Notes under the pieces: generated by a model | The model's database searches: none | Seen by the model: the letters and a program-made list of their open reading frames with translations, nothing else | Told to the model about the DNA's origin: nothing | Origin: Paraspadella gotoi | Taxonomy: Eukaryota; Animalia; Chaetognatha | DNA length: 64,000 bases | Direction of reading: 5' to 3' | Assembly (NCBI GenBank): GCA_051294375.1 | Contig: CM119265.1 | Location: 17,387,172 to 17,451,171 of the forward strand | Part shown: piece by piece, positions 59,228 to 64,000 of the stretch | Position numbering within the stretch: the first letter of the stretch is position 1 | How the letters are laid out: the number at the start of each line of letters is the position of its first letter | Program-made: the position numbers and the translations under genes

Positions 59228-59410
59228 AGTTTGGTGTAAATCTGGTGTAATTCTGCAACCCTAATGACGAAAATCAAGTTCGTTTGTCTAATCCAGATCA
59301 GTGGAAAAAATTGATTAAACTGATTAAAATTATATTAATCGTTAAATTTTGTTAATTCCGATATTAACAGGTATCATTACAATGAACTGATTGACGAAGA
59401 AGTATCGAAA

Positions 59411-62400
59411 ATGAGCGTGACCGAACATCTTCCTTGTTTAGCTTCACTCTCTCAAGTTTTGCGAAATCCCACACAAAACCTAGCTGATGTCGTTGTAATT
59501 TTCAAGCCAGAACCAGCTCCATTTTTGTGTCACAGTTTGGTTTTGGAAGCGAGAAGTTCCAAATTTTCGCGTATGATGCAACACGCTCGTTATACACATC
59601 GCCATCACGCGGAGTGCTTTATCTCAAGATGTAAATACTTACTTGAATTAGAGCACCCCTTTCCCGTAAGTAGTTTGCTTGAAAACTATAATTACTTTTA
59701 GGCTGGCCAAAATGTATTACTTTTTATCATTACAAGTTCTGTAATACCAAACATGGGGAAAACGCTGTAACAGGACAAAAAACAGTTTTCTCCATTCTGG
59801 TATATGCGCTGACGTTGAAACAAATATGGGTTAATTTTAATTTCGCCGACCGGAGTTTGGGGGGGGGGATTAGGGGAGGTTTAAGGTTAGGGGTTGTTAG
59901 GGTTAGGGGTTGTTAGGTTATTAGGGTTAGGGTAATTAGGTTAGAATTTGAAATTTTTGTATAAAAATAAGTATTTTTAAGTGGTTTTTCAAAAGACGTT
60001 AAAACCCCGGTCTGTGAATAGTAAAGTTACCAATAAAATGACTTTTTACATTCGCCGTTAATTTTTTTTGCTTTTTATGAGCGACATATAGAAATCTTGT
60101 TACGCATAAATGAAAAAAATATTGGTAAGGGTAAAAAAAATTTTTATAACAATTTTTATTTCAAAAACTTTCTTAACTACCCTTAAACCCTAACCTCTAA
60201 GGCAGAACATAGTAAAAACTAAGAGTTCTGTAATATAAATAAGTTAATAACGTTAGAGCATCCTTGTGGGATAATTTAAAAAAAAGTTAAGATTTTATTT
60301 ATAGTTAATAATATAAAAGCATGTAAAGTTTATCAGATTATTATATTTTTGAAATTCAGAATTTTTAAAAACGGATTAGGGTAGCTTGAAAAAATAAAAA
60401 TTTCAAGATTTCCAAATTTTTATATTTTATTGATTAAAATGAGTAAAAACGGGTTTTATTTTCACCGACCGGGGGTAGGGAAGGGTTCGGGTTAAGGGTG
60501 GTTTAGGTGTGGTTATAAGGGTTGAGAGGGTTTAGGGTTAGGGTAATTAAGTAATATTAAAACAATTTTAAGCAAACAATGTCGGATCTGCCCACGATCA
60601 TTATCGGTAATTAATTAATAAATAATTAAATAATTCAAGTTAATTAATTAATTAATTAGGCAATTAATAATTTCAGCCCCAATGTTTGTTTTTAGGTCTT
60701 TTCGTTACTAACCACGACAAAAGCAATGACGATGTGAATAATGCCAATAACGATTGACTTGATTTGATTGACTGATTAATTAATTATTGATTAATTATTT
60801 TACTAATTGATTAATTAACGGATTAATTATTTGATTTATTAATACATCCTGCATTTACATTTAATATAAAAGGAAACAGAAGCATAATCAATTAGTGAAA
60901 CAGGTTTTTTTTTTTTATTTTAAACTCATTTCCACTCAACCGATTCCCTCAAAACTTGATTTCCTGCTCAAACACACACTTCCCTACCCACACACAAAAT
61001 TTTATTCAAATCCATCCATCCAATCACAAGTAATTGGTGGTTTTTGTTAAGAAAAAGGGTCATTCAATTCAACTTTAAAATAGGCTAAAATGGAGTAATA
61101 ATTCAGAAAGTTGAGCTCCTGGCGATTCCGAAAATGTATTCACTTTAAGCATTTGATGCATTCTACCCCATTTTATATCGGTTTTAATTATAATATAAAA
61201 TAAAAGAAACCTATCTGAAGAGTTGCAGGTCAAACGAAAAGGCCAATCCACCTGATATTTTTTATGAATTTTTTATTACTGAATTAGAAAAATGTAATAG
61301 AGAGACATTTTTAAATTTCAACTTGTATCCTTGAAAATGAAACGTTTTTAAACTTTAACCCTAAATTCTTTCTAACTGGAACGCGTTTATCAAAATGTCT
61401 CTCTATTACATTTTTACAAATGTTTTTAAGATTGCTAATCAAATTTTTAATTCAATATTATTGCAGTCGTTTAGGCTGCAACTCTTCAAATTCAGTGTAG
61501 ATTCATTGTAGCTCGAATTTCTTTACCATCTATTTAACTGAAGATTTTGTTCATGACTGGAAAACCAACAGAGTAACGAGATTAATTGCTTAATTCTCCC
61601 CTTCTAAACTATCCCATACCGTGTTTTAACTTCTTACCTAGAATTTTTTAATAACCAGATTGAAAAACAAATCTTTAAAAAATGTGCTTACTCATTTAAC
61701 TTAACAATTTTGTTATTTACCCATTTAAAAAAAATTATTGAAAACGGAATGTTTACATATAAATAAGAACTTATTTTTTTGTGATTACTGATGACTAAAA
61801 TGTATTTCTCGATATATTAGCTCTAACACATCAATGATTACGTATTGTTATGCTGAATGACCTTTCCTCTTAAGGTGGGACGGACGGACGGGCGGACATA
61901 ATTTTTTTTGCATAATTTATCATAATTCGATGTTCTGACATGATATAAGTGTGTGCCCGAAAATATTGAGGGGGCGGACCGACGGACCGACAAAGTGAAT
62001 TATAGAGTCGGGATCTGCTGATAAGATGCTCCGACTAAAAAAAATGTTCAAAATAAATACTTTTAAATGTTTTTTCAAAAGCCGCCATAACCGCGGTCGG
62101 CGAAAGTAAAATTTATCTGCAAAAACTATAAAAATATAGTACGATGATGATGATGGTGATTTTTAAGGGTTTGGTTTTTATTTGACCCACTTATCATCGA
62201 AATATTGAAAAAGGCATTGTGTAGACAACTGTTTATCTGAATCCGTTGCTTATTCATTGATAAATATTTAAATGCTTCAATATTATACTGTGCTTCACTA
62301 ATTAAAAAAGTGAGAGTAATTATTGATGAAGTATATGATGGACCGCATGACCGTTTAAAAAATATACGTAACATAAAAGAGTGAAATAAATTTAAAACAA

Positions 62401-63109
62401 TCATATAACAAATAATATAAAATATGCGAAAATATCTTATTTCCAACTAACGAATAATGGATCAATGAAAAAAATGTATATTACTGTGAAAAAAAGTATG
62501 TATTACTGCGCAAACTGAGACTCGATGCTAGAGGGAAAGCAAAATTCAATGGATTAACAAACCACCAACCGGTGATAGCTAAGATTGGTTCCAGTCGTCG
62601 AATAGTAAAGTTACCCATAAAATATATATTAGGCATTGTAAAAATGTCACTGAAATTTGTGATTTACAAATATGCTGTTTAATATTAAATTTTTAGTGGT
62701 TTTTTTAGCTGGGTTTTTTGTTTCGTTTTTTTTGGGGGGGGGTATTAGCGGGTTTTTTTGAGCCAACCCTTTCAACATTAGAACTTACCATTTAAAATAA
62801 ACATCGTTTCAGGTTAAAACGGCAGCTTGTGCAGCGTTCCTTTATCTATTGTACGAGGGCTACCTAACATCATGTGATTCTTCTATTAAAACCCAAGTGT
62901 ATCAACTGGTTAAGTTTCATCAAGTTGTTCCTCTTGAAGTTAGAACATGCGATGAGGTATTTCATTGGTCTGAGGCTTTATTTAGCCGCGATTTATCTGA
63001 TTTACCAACGCAAGAAAGTCTAAACGTCTCAATTGAAGACCTTCCTCAACCCGATGATTTTATCTTTAATGCTCCAACTCTTACCTCGTGGTTGTTGCTG
63101 CCAGATTAA
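59411..63109 (+). CDS. Small BTB/POZ-domain protein (exons 59411-59665, 62813-63109)
   Basis: ADVVVIF...FLCHSLVLEARSSKFSRMM then, after a phase-0 GT-AG intron, AAFLYLLYEG: the BTB signature. Confidence 0.8.
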
Positions 63110-63312
63110 AAAAAGTAAAATTTGAGGCTATATTCGTATATTTTTAATAAATTTCCATTTTGTTCGTCGTTATAAAAAATTAGCCACTATTACCATTTAT
63201 TAGTAATTGATATTAGTAATTAATATACTTTAGTTTTGATCTTTGAGTAACATTTCTGCAGCTCAAGCAAGGTAAAAGTTTCTCGAAATAATTATTTCCT
63301 TTTTTTATATGA

Positions 63313-64000
63313 TATATCTTCCCCCTTTTGTCACGAAACCCTGTTCCCGTCGTATCCGTTAGTGGTCACGAATTGGAAAAAAACGAATCCAAAAAAGACT
63401 GCGATGAAAATAGAAGAACCACTTTGCGCGTTTCCCTTGGCCAGTTGCAAGAAAAGATCACTGAATACGAATTGAATGGAATCCTCGCGAAACAACTGGC
63501 ATTGTCTGGTGTCATTGTCTCTCGTCGTGGCGAGGATCTTTTGGTTTCTATGGAAACTCAGTATTGTGAGCAGGTTTTATCTGGCCGATTAACTTTATTA
63601 TTTAAAGATAAGATTTTAAATTTCGAAATTGACGATGTGCACAAGTTATGGACATTGAAAATAAAGGCCACGCGTGAAATTGATTTCAACGAAATTCGTG
63701 GTTATTTTGAAAAAATCTCGGGAGTTATTTCTATAGAAAAATTATCTTCCAACTCTTTAATTTCGGCATTCGTTTATTTTTCGAGCAAGGAAACAATTTC
63801 CAAGTTTCTTAATGAAACGGAACCCATAGAGGCCTTTGAATGGAGAATCGCGACTAGAAACAACGACAAATTGTGGAAAAAACCATATTGGTTGATAAAA
63901 GATCGGAAACTACCTTATTTGATTTTGATAAAAATGCTCAATGATGTGGCGAAGCAGAAGCTGGATTCTGTATTTTTCGTGCACCTAAACCTTTATCAAG
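63313..64000 (+). CDS. Partial ORF with possible degenerate RRM-like domains, runs off the window
   Basis: Open frame of about 229 codons that is absent from the ORF track: ...TLRVSLGQLQEKITEYEL...IDFNEIRGYFEKISGVISIEKL...SAFVYFSSKE... Start not determined. Confidence 0.65.

Noticed and set aside
61213-61245. CTGAAGA...GAAA hammerhead-like motif (also at ~14855, minus strand)
   Set aside because: No NUH cleavage site, stem III or stem I; it is part of a DNA repeat family.
3817-63109. Non-standard genetic code
   Set aside because: All recognisable conserved genes translate fully with the standard code once introns are removed.

Overview
AT-rich invertebrate (metazoan) nuclear DNA with short spliceosomal introns. 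The main structure is a run of 15 same-strand housekeeping genes in about 26.4 kb (18.8-45.2 kb): TAF13, ZNF341, GATD3/ES1, Mondo/MLXIP, U2AF1, PROSER3, VDAC, EMC2, COPS4, a Bcl-2 family gene, CAMKMT, ZFP36/Tis11, NDUFB3, ATP5MF and DUSP23. Stop-to-start gaps are mostly 150-400 nt, many start codons are preceded by U-rich AG acceptor-like sites, and the block is almost free of transposons. This looks like a eukaryotic operon resolved by spliced-leader trans-splicing (inference). One junction (TAF13-ZNF341) is only 19 nt with no AG. Smaller same-strand clusters sit at both window ends. Repeat-rich intervals (8-18 kb, 45-57 kb, 59.7-62.8 kb) hold MITE/Helitron-like elements, a tRNA-derived SINE and three small fold-back elements carrying minimal hammerhead ribozymes. 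There is also a speculative SL-RNA-like sequence just past the cluster, and an LRR transmembrane gene head-to-head with PPCS (92 nt between ATGs). Gene models and homologies were read by eye; no searches were run.
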